Shown: piece after piece, positions 20,531-30,343 of the stretch
How positions within the stretch are numbered: position 1 is the stretch's first letter
How the letters are laid out: each line of letters opens with the position of its first letter
Assembly: GCA_049601915.1 (NCBI GenBank)
Contig: JBMYRB010000001.1
Coordinates: 138,344 to 202,343, forward strand
Length of the DNA stretch: 64,000 nt
Direction: 5' to 3'
Origin: Alphaproteobacteria bacterium
Lineage (GTDB): Bacteria; Pseudomonadota; Alphaproteobacteria; UBA6615
The notes under the pieces: generated by a model
The model's input: the letters and a program-made list of their open reading frames with translations, nothing else
The model's database searches: none
Told to the model about the DNA's origin: nothing
Made by a program: the position numbers and the translations under genes

Positions 20531-21187
20531 ATGAGCGGCGAAATCCTGGCCCACCGCTACAGGACAATCTGGATTTCCGATATCCATCTGGGCACGCGCG
20601 GCTGCAAGGCAGATCACCTGCTCGACTTCCTCCGGCACACCGAATCCGAACATCTGTATCTGGTCGGCGACATCGTCGATGGCTGGCGGCTGAAGAAATC
20701 CTGGTACTGCCCGCAACCCTATGATGACGTCGTACAGAAGCTCCTGCGCAAAGCGCGCAAGGGTACCAGGGAGGTTTTCGTGCCCGCCAACCATGACGAG
20801 GTCCTGCGCGACTACACCGGCCTGGTGTTCGGGGACTGGGCCTACAACACGGTCCAGAGCATCAACTACTGGATGAACCAGATCCGGCGTATCCTCGGGT
20901 TTCGCTACTGGTCCCTCTCGACTTTCCTGAAATACCGGGTCAAGAACGCGGTCCAGTTCGTCAGCCGCTTCGAGGAAGTAGTGGCGGTGGAAGCGCGCAA
21001 GCGCGGCGCGGACGGTGTCGTCTGTGGCCATATTCATCATGCGGAAATGCGCGAGATGAACGGCGTTCTCTATTGCAACGACGGCGACTGGGTCTAGAGC
21101 TGCACCGCCCTTGTCGAGCATCGTAACGGTCAGCTCGAGATCGTAAACTGGGCCAATATCCGCCAGCTGTCCCTGGCGCTTCGCTGA
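20531..21187 (+). pseudogene. LpxH-like metallophosphoesterase (PlcP-type phospholipase C candidate), interrupted by an in-frame TAG at 21095-21097
   Basis: Carries WISDIHLG, LVGDIVDGW, PANHDE and CGHIHH motifs. It reads GDWV-TAG-SCTALVEHRNGQLEIVNW in one frame, down to the TGA at 21185-21187. There is no His between the GNHD-like and GHxH motifs. Confidence 0.7.
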
Positions 21188-21190
21188 TCC

Positions 21191-22168
21191 ATGCGGATTG
21201 TACTCGCGACCGAGGCCAGTCATGACGTGCAGACGATCACGCCGGAGCAATTCCGCACCATCCCCTGCCCGACTTGTCCCGAGATCAGGCTCGCTCTGGG
21301 TGCCGGCCCGAAAATTCGCAAGTTGATCACGGCATTTGAGCCCGACGCCGTCCATATCGCGACCGAGGGCCCGATCGGTCAGGCCGCCGCACGGCTATGC
21401 CTAAACCAGGGCTGGCCCTTCACCACGTCCTTCCACACCAAGTTTCCCGAATATATTCACGCCCGCACGCGGCTTCCCGTCGCCTGGTCCTATGCGTGTC
21501 TGCGACGCTTCCACCACCACGCCCACAAGGTCATGATCGCGACGGCAACTATCGACCGGGAGCTGCGTGGATGGGGCTTCGACAACACCGCGCGCTGGAC
21601 ACGCGGTGTTGACACCGAACTCTTCCGCCGCCGACCCCATGACGAATGGCCGGTCGCCATCCGCGATCTTCACCGGCCGTTGCAGCTCTATACCGGCCGG
21701 GTCGCCGTCGAGAAGAACATCTCGGCGTTCCTCGAGCTCGAGACGGACGGCACCAAGGTCGTTGTCGGTGACGGCCCCCAGCGCCGCAATCTCGAAACCC
21801 GTTTCCCCAACGTCGTCTTCGTCGGCGAACAGCATGGCGAAGCCCTGGCCCGGCATTTCGCCGCGGCCGATGTTTTCGTATTTCCCAGCCGCACCGACAC
21901 CTTCGGCCTGGTCTTGCTCGAAGCGCTTGCATACGGGGTTCCCGTGGCGGCTTATCCCGTCCTTGGCCCCCTCGATGTCGTTGGCCTGAATGGTCCGGGC
22001 TGCCTCGCCGACGACCTCGCACACGCAGTCACGCACGCCACCGAGCGTGGTTCGCCCGAGCCCTGTCGGACCCACGACCTCGGTTATTCATGGAAGAATT
22101 GCGTCGAGCTGTTCGTGTCCCATCTGGCCCGCATCGGGGAAGTTCCCGAACAGACGCCAACCGGGTAG
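21191..22168 (+). CDS. GT4-family glycosyltransferase (Agt-like), possibly N-terminally deleted
   Basis: FVFPSRTDTFGLVLLEALAYGVPV (E-x7-E region). Starts 3 nt after the stop of the phosphoesterase frame. 325 aa. Confidence 0.78.
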   Translation: MRIVLATEASHDVQTITPEQFRTIPCPTCPEIRLALGAGPKIRKLITAFEPDAVHIATEGPIGQAAARLCLNQGWPFTTSFHTKFPEYIHARTRLPVAWSYACLRRFHHHAHKVMIATATIDRELRGWGFDNTARWTRGVDTELFRRRPHDEWPVAIRDLHRPLQLYTGRVAVEKNISAFLELETDGTKVVVGDGPQRRNLETRFPNVVFVGEQHGEALARHFAAADVFVFPSRTDTFGLVLLEALAYGVPVAAYPVLGPLDVVGLNGPGCLADDLAHAVTHATERGSPEPCRTHDLGYSWKNCVELFVSHLARIGEVPEQTPTG

Positions 22169-22191
22169 CCGCGCCCCGCAAACGGCTTTGC

Positions 22192-22737
22192 CTAGACGCG
22201 CAGCGGCGCGGGCTCGTCGGCCGGCGGGTCCACCTCGAAGGCGTTCGCCATGCAACAGGTCATAACGAACTGGCCCGAGGCCGCGACCAGCCCGATCAGG
22301 TCGGTCTCGCCCATAACGCCTTCGGCCGCCGCGTAGGAGCCGTCGCTGAGCTTGTTCGATTCCATCAACTCGCGCGCGACCTCGTAACAGATCCGCTCGC
22401 GATCATCCGCCAGGTCGGGCGTCTCGCGGTTGTTGATCGCATCGACGATCTCGCGCTCGATACCGGTCGCCAGCGCATTGCGTGACTGGGCAAACCACGG
22501 ATACCGCGCGTTCCAGTGCCGCGCGACGACCATGAACACGATCAGCCGTTCGCGCTCCGTAAGCGGGCCCGCGCCGAGGGTATCGCGCATATCCTGCGCC
22601 ACCTGGAAAAGATCGGGGATGCGGATATAAGCATAGAACGGCCCGCCGACAGGACCGCCGCTTTCCTTGGCCGCGTCATGAACCTTCGCCTGGTCGGTGT
22701 CCATGTCCGCCCGGTCGATAATCTTGATACGCGTCAT
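22192..22737 (-). CDS. carboxymuconolactone decarboxylase (AhpD-like) family protein
   Basis: 181-aa all-helical ORF with CMD-family character. Confidence 0.75.
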   Translation of the reverse strand: MTRIKIIDRADMDTDQAKVHDAAKESGGPVGGPFYAYIRIPDLFQVAQDMRDTLGAGPLTERERLIVFMVVARHWNARYPWFAQSRNALATGIEREIVDAINNRETPDLADDRERICYEVARELMESNKLSDGSYAAAEGVMGETDLIGLVAASGQFVMTCCMANAFEVDPPADEPAPLRV

Positions 22738-22770
22738 GTCAGCGTCTCCTCGTCGAAGTTGCGGCGCGAC

Positions 22771-23607
22771 TCAGCCGTCCTTGCGCACCACCATCCACAT
22801 ATTGTCACTCAGCGGGAACCTGTCGAAGAACCCGAACCCGACCGCGGAGAAGCCCGCATCCTGAACCATCGCGCGCAGGCTCGCCGGCGTGAAATGATTC
22901 ACATGGCCGGGGAACCGGAAACCGCACCAGCGCGACCCCATGACCCGTCGATTGATGCTCGAGAAGTTCGGGACCTTGATGATCGCCACACCCCCCGGTT
23001 TGAGCACGCGCACGGCATGGGACAACAGCTCGACCGGTTTGTGTTCATGTTCGAGGAAGGAGCGCATAAGGACACCGCTCGCGGTTCCCGCCTCGTAACT
23101 CGCCAGGCCCTCGACGGCCGGCAGGTTGGTAATGGTGCCGCCTCGGGTCGCCAAGAGCGCCTGCGCCTCCTCGGCCAACCCCTTGGATATCTCGATCCCG
23201 CTGGTCTGGTAGTGCTCGGGCAGGCTCAGCAGCCGGTCCGCATTGCCGCAGCCGACGTCGATTACCAGGCCCGGCGGCACCCATTTGTTGATTCGCTTGA
23301 TCAGTTTGTCGGGCTTGCGCACGGCCCAGCGGTAGAATTTGCGCCAGGCGCGCGAGATTCCGTAGGCCAAGGGATATTCTTTGCGCATCCGAACCTTGCG
23401 GTCGCCATGGTTTTTCTCCCAGGCGAAGGCCACCTTGAAATCCGCATAATCCGGAGGATTCTCAAGATAAATGAACCCGCAGGCGCCACATTTTCGGAGC
23501 TTCCAGTCCTGCCAGGAATAGTCGAGCGCAGGCCGGCTCGAATTGTCCGTTTCGCAATTCGGGCAATTCCTGTGTAGAAGTTCGCCAAGATTCTCGGCTG
23601 CCAACAT
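22771..23607 (-). CDS. class I SAM-dependent methyltransferase with N-terminal zinc ribbon
   Basis: CPNC...CGACG followed by the VIDVGCGNA motif I. Confidence 0.8.
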   Translation of the reverse strand: MLAAENLGELLHRNCPNCETDNSSRPALDYSWQDWKLRKCGACGFIYLENPPDYADFKVAFAWEKNHGDRKVRMRKEYPLAYGISRAWRKFYRWAVRKPDKLIKRINKWVPPGLVIDVGCGNADRLLSLPEHYQTSGIEISKGLAEEAQALLATRGGTITNLPAVEGLASYEAGTASGVLMRSFLEHEHKPVELLSHAVRVLKPGGVAIIKVPNFSSINRRVMGSRWCGFRFPGHVNHFTPASLRAMVQDAGFSAVGFGFFDRFPLSDNMWMVVRKDG

Positions 23608-23788
23608 GTATCCCTCGCAGATCGCACCGTTCGCAATCAGGCTAGCTTTACCACCGCAGCAGGAATCGCAACAGACTTGTCTGGCATTGGCCGAAGCACG
23701 GCGAATTGAGCCATGTTAGGCTTGCATCGACGACGGCGCATATGGCCCGATTCGACAGGTGATCAACGGAGGCGGCAGTAACCGCAAC

Positions 23789-25618
23789 ATGCAGGATTCC
23801 GAACAGAATCCCCGGACCGACACCACAGGCCAGCTGATTGGCCGGATGTGGCGCGACTGGATGAGCGCCTACAAGGCCCGGGTCGCCATGGCCGTGGCGC
23901 TGATGATCGTCGTGGCCGGCGCATCTGCCGCCTACCCCAAGCTGATCGAGACGTCGGTCGATATGCTCGAAGCCAAGAATGCGAACGTGGTCTGGCTGAT
24001 GCCGCTGGCGATCATTCTGGTGACCTTCACGAAGGGTCTGGCCTCCTACGGCCAGAGTGTCCTCAGCCAATCGGTCGCCCTGCGAGTCATCAACGCGATC
24101 CAGAAGGCGATGTTCTCCCACCTGATGGACGCCGATCTGCAGGCCCATCACGAAACATCGACGGGCAAACTCATCTCGCGCTTCACCAACGACGTGAACC
24201 TCATGCGCGACGCCCTGTCGCGAACGCTGACGGCCATGGCGCGCGACTTCGTCACCGCCGCGGCGCTGATCGGCATGATGTTTTATCTCGACTGGCTGCT
24301 GGCGATCATCGTCATCGTGACCTTCCCGCTGGCCGGGCGGCCGATCATCCGAATCGGTCGGCGCCTGCGCCGCGCTTCCAACAACGCCCAGACCGGTATG
24401 GGCGATCTGACGTCCAATCTGGAGCAGGCCTTCTCGGGCATTCGCTTGATCAAGTCCTATCGGATGGAGGATTACGAACGCGGCCGCGCCAACGACCTCT
24501 TCGATCGGATTTATCATCTGGTCATGAAAACGGTGAAGGGCCGGGCACGGACCTATCCGATCCTCGAGACCCTGGGCGGCGCCTCCGTCGCCGCCGTTCT
24601 GGCCTATGGCGGCTGGCGAATTCTGTCCGGCACGGGAACGCTGGGTGAGTTTGTGGGCTTCCTCGCGGCCGTTATTCTCGCCTACCAGCCAATCCGCAGC
24701 CTGGGCAATTTGAACGCCGCCTTGCAAGAGGGGTTGGCGGCCGTCCAGCGCAGTTTCGATCTGCTCGACACCCCTGCCCGTATCTTCGATGCCCGCGATG
24801 CACAGGATCTGACCATGCGCGGCGGCAATGTCACCTTCGACAAGGTGACCTTCGCCTATACACCGGACAAACCCGCCCTTAGAGAGGTCGATCTGAGCAT
24901 CTCGGCCGGCCAGACCGTGGCGTTGGTCGGCCCCAGCGGCGCGGGCAAGTCCACGGTTATGAACCTGCTGCTCCGATTCCATGACATCGATTCCGGCAGC
25001 GTCGCCGTCGACGGGCAGGATGTCCGAAACCTAACCATGTCCAGCCTGCGCGACAACATTGCGCTCGTCAGCCAGGACATCACACTGTTCAACGATTCCG
25101 TCGCCGCCAATATCCGCTTCGGCAGGCCCGACGCCACGGACGGCGAGGTCATTGCCGCGGCGCGCAATGCTTCCGCCCATGAGTTCGTCTCGGCGTTGCC
25201 AGACGGGTACGAAACTCTTGTCGGGGATCGCGGATCGTCCCTGTCCGGCGGCGAACGCCAGCGCGTGGCCATCGCCCGCGCGATGCTCAAGAACGCCCCC
25301 ATCCTCCTGCTCGACGAAGCAACAAGCGCGCTGGATGCGGAATCCGAGCAACAGGTGCAAATCGCACTTGAGCGACTAACGGCCGACCGCACCACGCTCG
25401 TCATCGCCCACCGCCTGGCGACGGTCATGAACGCCGACCAGATTCTGGTGATGGATGACGGCCGGGTCGTCGAGACCGGCACCCATGGCGAACTCCAGGC
25501 GCGCGACGGCCTGTATGCGCGGTTGAGCCGCCTGCAATTCCGTGACGCCGGGCCGTCTGACAGCCCGCCCGCGCCCGAAGACGGCAGCGCGCTGGACGCC
25601 GAACGCGCACACGGATGA
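23789..25618 (+). CDS. msbA: lipid A export ABC transporter, fused permease/ATPase (MsbA-like)
   Basis: Six-TM domain plus Walker A GPSGAGKST and signature LSGGERQR. Its stop overlaps the waaA start (ATGA). Confidence 0.9.
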   Translation: MQDSEQNPRTDTTGQLIGRMWRDWMSAYKARVAMAVALMIVVAGASAAYPKLIETSVDMLEAKNANVVWLMPLAIILVTFTKGLASYGQSVLSQSVALRVINAIQKAMFSHLMDADLQAHHETSTGKLISRFTNDVNLMRDALSRTLTAMARDFVTAAALIGMMFYLDWLLAIIVIVTFPLAGRPIIRIGRRLRRASNNAQTGMGDLTSNLEQAFSGIRLIKSYRMEDYERGRANDLFDRIYHLVMKTVKGRARTYPILETLGGASVAAVLAYGGWRILSGTGTLGEFVGFLAAVILAYQPIRSLGNLNAALQEGLAAVQRSFDLLDTPARIFDARDAQDLTMRGGNVTFDKVTFAYTPDKPALREVDLSISAGQTVALVGPSGAGKSTVMNLLLRFHDIDSGSVAVDGQDVRNLTMSSLRDNIALVSQDITLFNDSVAANIRFGRPDATDGEVIAAARNASAHEFVSALPDGYETLVGDRGSSLSGGERQRVAIARAMLKNAPILLLDEATSALDAESEQQVQIALERLTADRTTLVIAHRLATVMNADQILVMDDGRVVETGTHGELQARDGLYARLSRLQFRDAGPSDSPPAPEDGSALDAERAHG

Positions 25619-26934
25619 CCGGGGACGACCGGCCCCGGTACAAGGGCATATCCACGCTTGCCACAAGCCTGTATCGCGGTGTCACCACCGCGGGGCTTCC
25701 GCTGGTCGAACTCCTCCTCCAGCGCCGCCTGATGCGCGGCAAGGAAGAGGCCCCGCGTATCGACGAACGCCGGGGGATTCCTTCGATTCAGCGCCCGTCC
25801 GGCCCCGTCGTGTGGATTCACGCCGCAAGCATCGGCGAGGCGCAGTCGGTCCTGGTGCTCGTCGAGCGAATTTTGCAGATCGCACCGGAACTCAATCTCC
25901 TGATGACTACGGGCACCGTGACGTCGGCCCGCATGATGGGCGACCGGCTGCCGCCGCGCGCAATCCATCAATATGTGCCCGTCGATCGGGCCGCATGGGT
26001 GCGTCGGTTCCTCGAATATTGGCGGCCCGACGCTGCGCTTTGGGTTGAGTCCGAACTATGGCCCAACCTGCTGCTTGAATCTCGACGCGCGGGCATCCCC
26101 ATGGCGCTGGTCAACGCACGCATGTCCGAGAGCTCACATGCCAGCTGGGCGCGTGCACCCAAAGTCGCGCGCGAACTTTTGTCGTGCTTCGGTACGATAC
26201 TGGCGCAGGATCAGGAGATCGCCGCGCGGTTGGAGTCACTGGGGGCACGAAACGTCTCTGTGACCGGCAATCTGAAACTGGCGGCGGCCCCCTTGCCGGC
26301 AACCGCCGCGGCGCTGATCGAACTACAGGACGCGATCGGCGGTCGCCCGGCCTGGGTGGCGGCCAGCACCCACCGCGGCGAAGAGGATATTGTCGGCGCG
26401 GTGCATCGGGGCCTCGTAAGTCATCATCCCGATCTCCTGACCTTGCTCGCGCCGCGCCATCCCCAGCGGGGTGACGAGGTCGAGCAGGCATTAACCCAGT
26501 CCGGCTTGTCCGTCGCGCGCTGGTCGCGCGGCGAGGCAATCACACCCGAAACCAATATCTACCTGGCCGACGGCACCGGACTCCTCGGACAGCTCTACCG
26601 TGTCGCACCCATTGCCTTCATCGGCGGGTCGCTTATTGCCCATGGTGGACAGAACATGCTGGAAGCCGCGCAATTGCGCAGCGCGGTTCTCTATGGCCCG
26701 CATATTGATAATTTCCGTTCGATCGCGAGCGAGCTACGGGACGCCGGGGCGAGCCTGGAGGTCGCCGACGGTGACGCGCTGCAACAGGCCGTCGGGGAGT
26801 TGCTGGTATCGCCTGCACGCGCAGACGCGATGGCGGATGCGGCGGTGGGTGCGGCGGGTCGCAAACAGGAGGTCATCGATCTGGTGATGCGCCGCTTGCA
26901 ACCGTTGATCGCAAATGCCATTTCGAGCGCGTGA
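25615..26934 (+). CDS. waaA: 3-deoxy-D-manno-octulosonic acid transferase
   Basis: 439 aa with WIHAASIGEAQS. Lies between msbA and lpxK. Confidence 0.92.
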   Translation: MTGDDRPRYKGISTLATSLYRGVTTAGLPLVELLLQRRLMRGKEEAPRIDERRGIPSIQRPSGPVVWIHAASIGEAQSVLVLVERILQIAPELNLLMTTGTVTSARMMGDRLPPRAIHQYVPVDRAAWVRRFLEYWRPDAALWVESELWPNLLLESRRAGIPMALVNARMSESSHASWARAPKVARELLSCFGTILAQDQEIAARLESLGARNVSVTGNLKLAAAPLPATAAALIELQDAIGGRPAWVAASTHRGEEDIVGAVHRGLVSHHPDLLTLLAPRHPQRGDEVEQALTQSGLSVARWSRGEAITPETNIYLADGTGLLGQLYRVAPIAFIGGSLIAHGGQNMLEAAQLRSAVLYGPHIDNFRSIASELRDAGASLEVADGDALQQAVGELLVSPARADAMADAAVGAAGRKQEVIDLVMRRLQPLIANAISSA

Positions 26935-27914
26935 TGAAAGCGCCTGAATTCTGGTCCCAACCGAATGCACCGCTGGGCAAGCTGCTCAGCCCGCTAGGTT
27001 ATGCCTATCGGCTGGCCGGCGCACTCAACAGATCCCGCACCAGGCCCGCGCGGGTCGATGCCACCGTTATTTGTGTCGGCAATCTGGTTGCCGGCGGCGC
27101 CGGCAAGACACCGGTGGCCATGAGTATCGCCGAAACCCTGAAGCATGAGGGCCTGGTGTTCCTGACACGGGGTTATGGCGGCCGCCTGGCCGGTCCTGTA
27201 CGCGTCTCCCCCCAGTCCCACACATCGGCCGACGTCGGCGACGAGGCATTGTTACTGGCGCGCACCGCACCCACATGGGTCGCCCGCGACCGGGTAGCCG
27301 GCGCCATCGCCGCGATCAAGGACGGGGCACAACTGATCGTGATGGATGACGGCTATCAGAACCCCTCCCTGGCCAAGGACATCGGAATCGTCGTGGTCGA
27401 CGGTGAGATAGGCTTCGGCAACGGCCGGATCATACCTGCCGGGCCGCTCCGCGAACCCTCGGTGCAGGGATTGGCGCGCGCCGACGCGATGGTCATCGTC
27501 GGCGACGATCACACCGGAACTGCAAAAAAGAAAACGCGGGCCTCGTTGCCCGTTCTCTCCGGGCGCATTCTGGCCGCCGTCGACCAGGCGGATTGGTCCG
27601 GACGCCGTGTCGTCGCATTCGCCGGGATTGGTAGGCCAGAAAAGTTCTTCGACACACTCGACACGATCGGCTGCGAGGTCGTCGCATCACACGTCTTCGC
27701 AGATCACCACGCATACTCACACGGCGAGATCGCGCGAATCTGCGCCGAAGCTGACGCGGGTGACGCGACACCGATCACCACGGAAAAGGATGCCGTGCGG
27801 CTACCTTCCATTCTTAAAGACAGGATTGAGGCCCTACCGGTGAAATTCGTCTGGGACGACCCCGCTGCATTGGAAGATTTCCTTACCAAGAAGATCGATG
27901 CAGAAACCCGTTAG
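26931..27914 (+). CDS. lpxK: tetraacyldisaccharide 4'-kinase
   Basis: VGNLVAGGAGKTP P-loop. Overlaps the waaA stop (GTGATG). Confidence 0.92.
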   Translation: MMKAPEFWSQPNAPLGKLLSPLGYAYRLAGALNRSRTRPARVDATVICVGNLVAGGAGKTPVAMSIAETLKHEGLVFLTRGYGGRLAGPVRVSPQSHTSADVGDEALLLARTAPTWVARDRVAGAIAAIKDGAQLIVMDDGYQNPSLAKDIGIVVVDGEIGFGNGRIIPAGPLREPSVQGLARADAMVIVGDDHTGTAKKKTRASLPVLSGRILAAVDQADWSGRRVVAFAGIGRPEKFFDTLDTIGCEVVASHVFADHHAYSHGEIARICAEADAGDATPITTEKDAVRLPSILKDRIEALPVKFVWDDPAALEDFLTKKIDAETR

Positions 27915-28729
27915 CGGGCCGCCGGCATCGGACCGGCGATTAGCTCGGGGTCCAGGCGCACATCGAACCAGTTGATCCGCCAATCGAGATGCGGCCCCGT
28001 CGAGCGCCCGGTGGACCCCACGGTCCCGACCTGCAGCCCCGTTGCGACCTGTTGCCCGTTTTCGACGTCGACGCGTTCCAGATGAGAATAGATTGACGTC
28101 AGCCCATGGCCGTGGTCCACCGCGACCGTGCCGCCGGTGTAGAACAGATCGGATTCCGCCAGCACCACCACGCCGGGCGCCGACGCCAGAACGGGCGTCC
28201 CACGCGGCGCCGCGATATCGATTCCCAGATGGGCGCGCCGCGGCTTCCCGTTGAGAATTCGCTGATTGCCATAGCGGCCGCTGATCCGACCGGTGACCGG
28301 CCAGGCGAACCCGGCCTCGAAGAACGGGTGCTCGCTATCGCCCGCCCGTGCGGCAGAAATCAGTCGCCCCTCGCGGCGAATTCTCTCCAGATCATTCGTG
28401 TTGGGCAACACCTTGCGGGGCGGCAACCCGTCGATCCGCTCGATATCGTAGTCCCGAAACTGCACCGGCAGGCTTCGTGTCTCGCGACGCCCATCGCGGT
28501 AGGTGGAAACCAGCGCAAAAGATTCCTTGCGATCCCGGTCGATCCCGAACACGAACCGGCCCGTCGACGGATCGACACGCAGCGATTTGCCGTCAAGCGT
28601 GATTGTCGCACCGGGCTCCACGCTCCCGATAATCAGCGCGCCTTGCTTGAAAGTCTCCGGCAAATCGAGTGCCGCCGAAGAGCCATGTGACGCGACCAAC
28701 ATGATCAGCGCCATAACCCACAGCCTCAA
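27911..28729 (-). CDS. M23 family metallopeptidase
   Basis: Signal peptide; HLERVDVENGQQV...GSTGRSTGPHLDW (LytM-type motifs). Confidence 0.85.
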   Translation of the reverse strand: MRLWVMALIMLVASHGSSAALDLPETFKQGALIIGSVEPGATITLDGKSLRVDPSTGRFVFGIDRDRKESFALVSTYRDGRRETRSLPVQFRDYDIERIDGLPPRKVLPNTNDLERIRREGRLISAARAGDSEHPFFEAGFAWPVTGRISGRYGNQRILNGKPRRAHLGIDIAAPRGTPVLASAPGVVVLAESDLFYTGGTVAVDHGHGLTSIYSHLERVDVENGQQVATGLQVGTVGSTGRSTGPHLDWRINWFDVRLDPELIAGPMPAAR

Positions 28730-30279
28730 AGGAACGAGCCCTGAGGATCGTCGGAGGGACCCTTCTTCTTCGGTTTGGCCTGTTTCGGCTTGCGCGGTTT
28801 GGCAACCGGTGCAGTTCCGCCGACGCTGTCGACCGTTGCCCCGACGGTTCCGTCGTCGCGAAAATGAAGCGATATCCCATCGCCGGGTACGAGCGCATCC
28901 GCCGCCAGAACCGGCGCCCCGGTGGCGTCGCGTACCAGCACGAAGCCGCGATCGAGCACGCCCTTGTACGAATAACTCTCCAGGAGCTTCGTAACCCCGG
29001 CGACGCGGTCGTCGGCCTTCGCCAACCGCCTGTCCGCGGCCTGCTTTAGCCTTTCGCCGAGCGACTGTGTATCACGCAGATCCCGCTTGATTTTGCCGTC
29101 GCCCGCGGATTTCGCGGCCGACAGGCGCGCCAATATGGATGCCAGGTCGCGGCGCTTGGCTTCCACATATTGATCCGGCTGGACAAGCTGGCGGCCTTGC
29201 GCGGCAACCGCCTCTTCTTTCGAGCGCATCACACGCAAAAGAGCCGGACGAAGCCGTTCGGCCCAATCATCCACCCGCTGCATGGCACCTTCGAGGATGC
29301 GCCGAGGTGCCGGCAGACCCCGGCCCAGCGCCGTGACCTCCTGCTGGCGGCTGCGCATCAGGCGGGTAACGGCACCCGTCAGGCGCGCGCCATCTTCGCC
29401 CACCTGCGCGATCAGATCAGCGCGCACGGGCACCGCCATCTCCGCAGCGGCCGTTGGCGTGGGCGCGCGCTTGTCGGATGCGAAATCAATCAGGGTCGTG
29501 TCGGTCTCATGCCCCACCGCCGAAATGAGCGGAATATCGCTTCCGGCCGCCGCGCGAACCACATTCTCCTCGTTGAAAGCCATAAGATCCTCAAGCGACC
29601 CGCCGCCGCGCGCGACGATCAGCAGATCCGGCCGCGGCACCGGCCCGTCCAGCGCGAGGTTGTTGAACCCCTCGATTGCCGCCGTAATCTGGGCTGCGGC
29701 GTTGTCGCCCTGTACGAGCACAGGCCAAACCAGCACATGGCGGGGAAACCTATCCGCCAGCCGGTGCAGAATGTCTCGGATGACGGCGCCCGTGGGCGAG
29801 GTCACAACGCCGATCACCTCGGGCAGGTAGGGAATATCGGCCTTGCGTTCGGTCTCGAAAAGGCCCTCGGCGGCGAGCCGCTTGCGCCGCTCCTCGATCA
29901 TCTTGAGGAGCGCGCCCTCGCCGGCCACCTCCATCCGCTCGATCACGAGCTGGTATTTGGAGCGCGCGGGATAGGTCGTCACCCGCCCCGTCGCGATGAC
30001 CTCAAGGCCGTCCTCGGGCTGCACCTCGAGGCGGCCCGCCGAGCCGCGCCAGCACACACCGTCGATCGTCGCGTCGGCATCTTTCAGGGTCATGTAGAGA
30101 TGCCCGGAGGCCGCACGCTTGAACCCGGAGATCTCGCCGCGCACGCGCACATAGCTGAAATTGTCCTCGACCGTTCGCTTGACCGCACCGGACAGTTCAC
30201 CGACCGACAGCACAGGGGGCTGATTGTCGCCGGGGTCTGCGTCCGGTAGGTCGCGGGTATCGGGGGGCGTCTGGTTCAT
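28726..30279 (-). CDS. xseA: exodeoxyribonuclease VII large subunit
   Basis: Start at the internal ATG (MNQTPPD...). LSVGELSGAVKRTVEDNF OB-fold N-terminus and a long helical C-terminus. Its stop overlaps the M23 start. Confidence 0.92.
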   Translation of the reverse strand: MNQTPPDTRDLPDADPGDNQPPVLSVGELSGAVKRTVEDNFSYVRVRGEISGFKRAASGHLYMTLKDADATIDGVCWRGSAGRLEVQPEDGLEVIATGRVTTYPARSKYQLVIERMEVAGEGALLKMIEERRKRLAAEGLFETERKADIPYLPEVIGVVTSPTGAVIRDILHRLADRFPRHVLVWPVLVQGDNAAAQITAAIEGFNNLALDGPVPRPDLLIVARGGGSLEDLMAFNEENVVRAAAGSDIPLISAVGHETDTTLIDFASDKRAPTPTAAAEMAVPVRADLIAQVGEDGARLTGAVTRLMRSRQQEVTALGRGLPAPRRILEGAMQRVDDWAERLRPALLRVMRSKEEAVAAQGRQLVQPDQYVEAKRRDLASILARLSAAKSAGDGKIKRDLRDTQSLGERLKQAADRRLAKADDRVAGVTKLLESYSYKGVLDRGFVLVRDATGAPVLAADALVPGDGISLHFRDDGTVGATVDSVGGTAPVAKPRKPKQAKPKKKGPSDDPQGSFL

Positions 30280-30343
30280 CGAATCGCCCCCATGATACAA
30301 ACTGCCGGCCTCGAAACGAAGGACGCAAAGAAGGATCGCGCAA

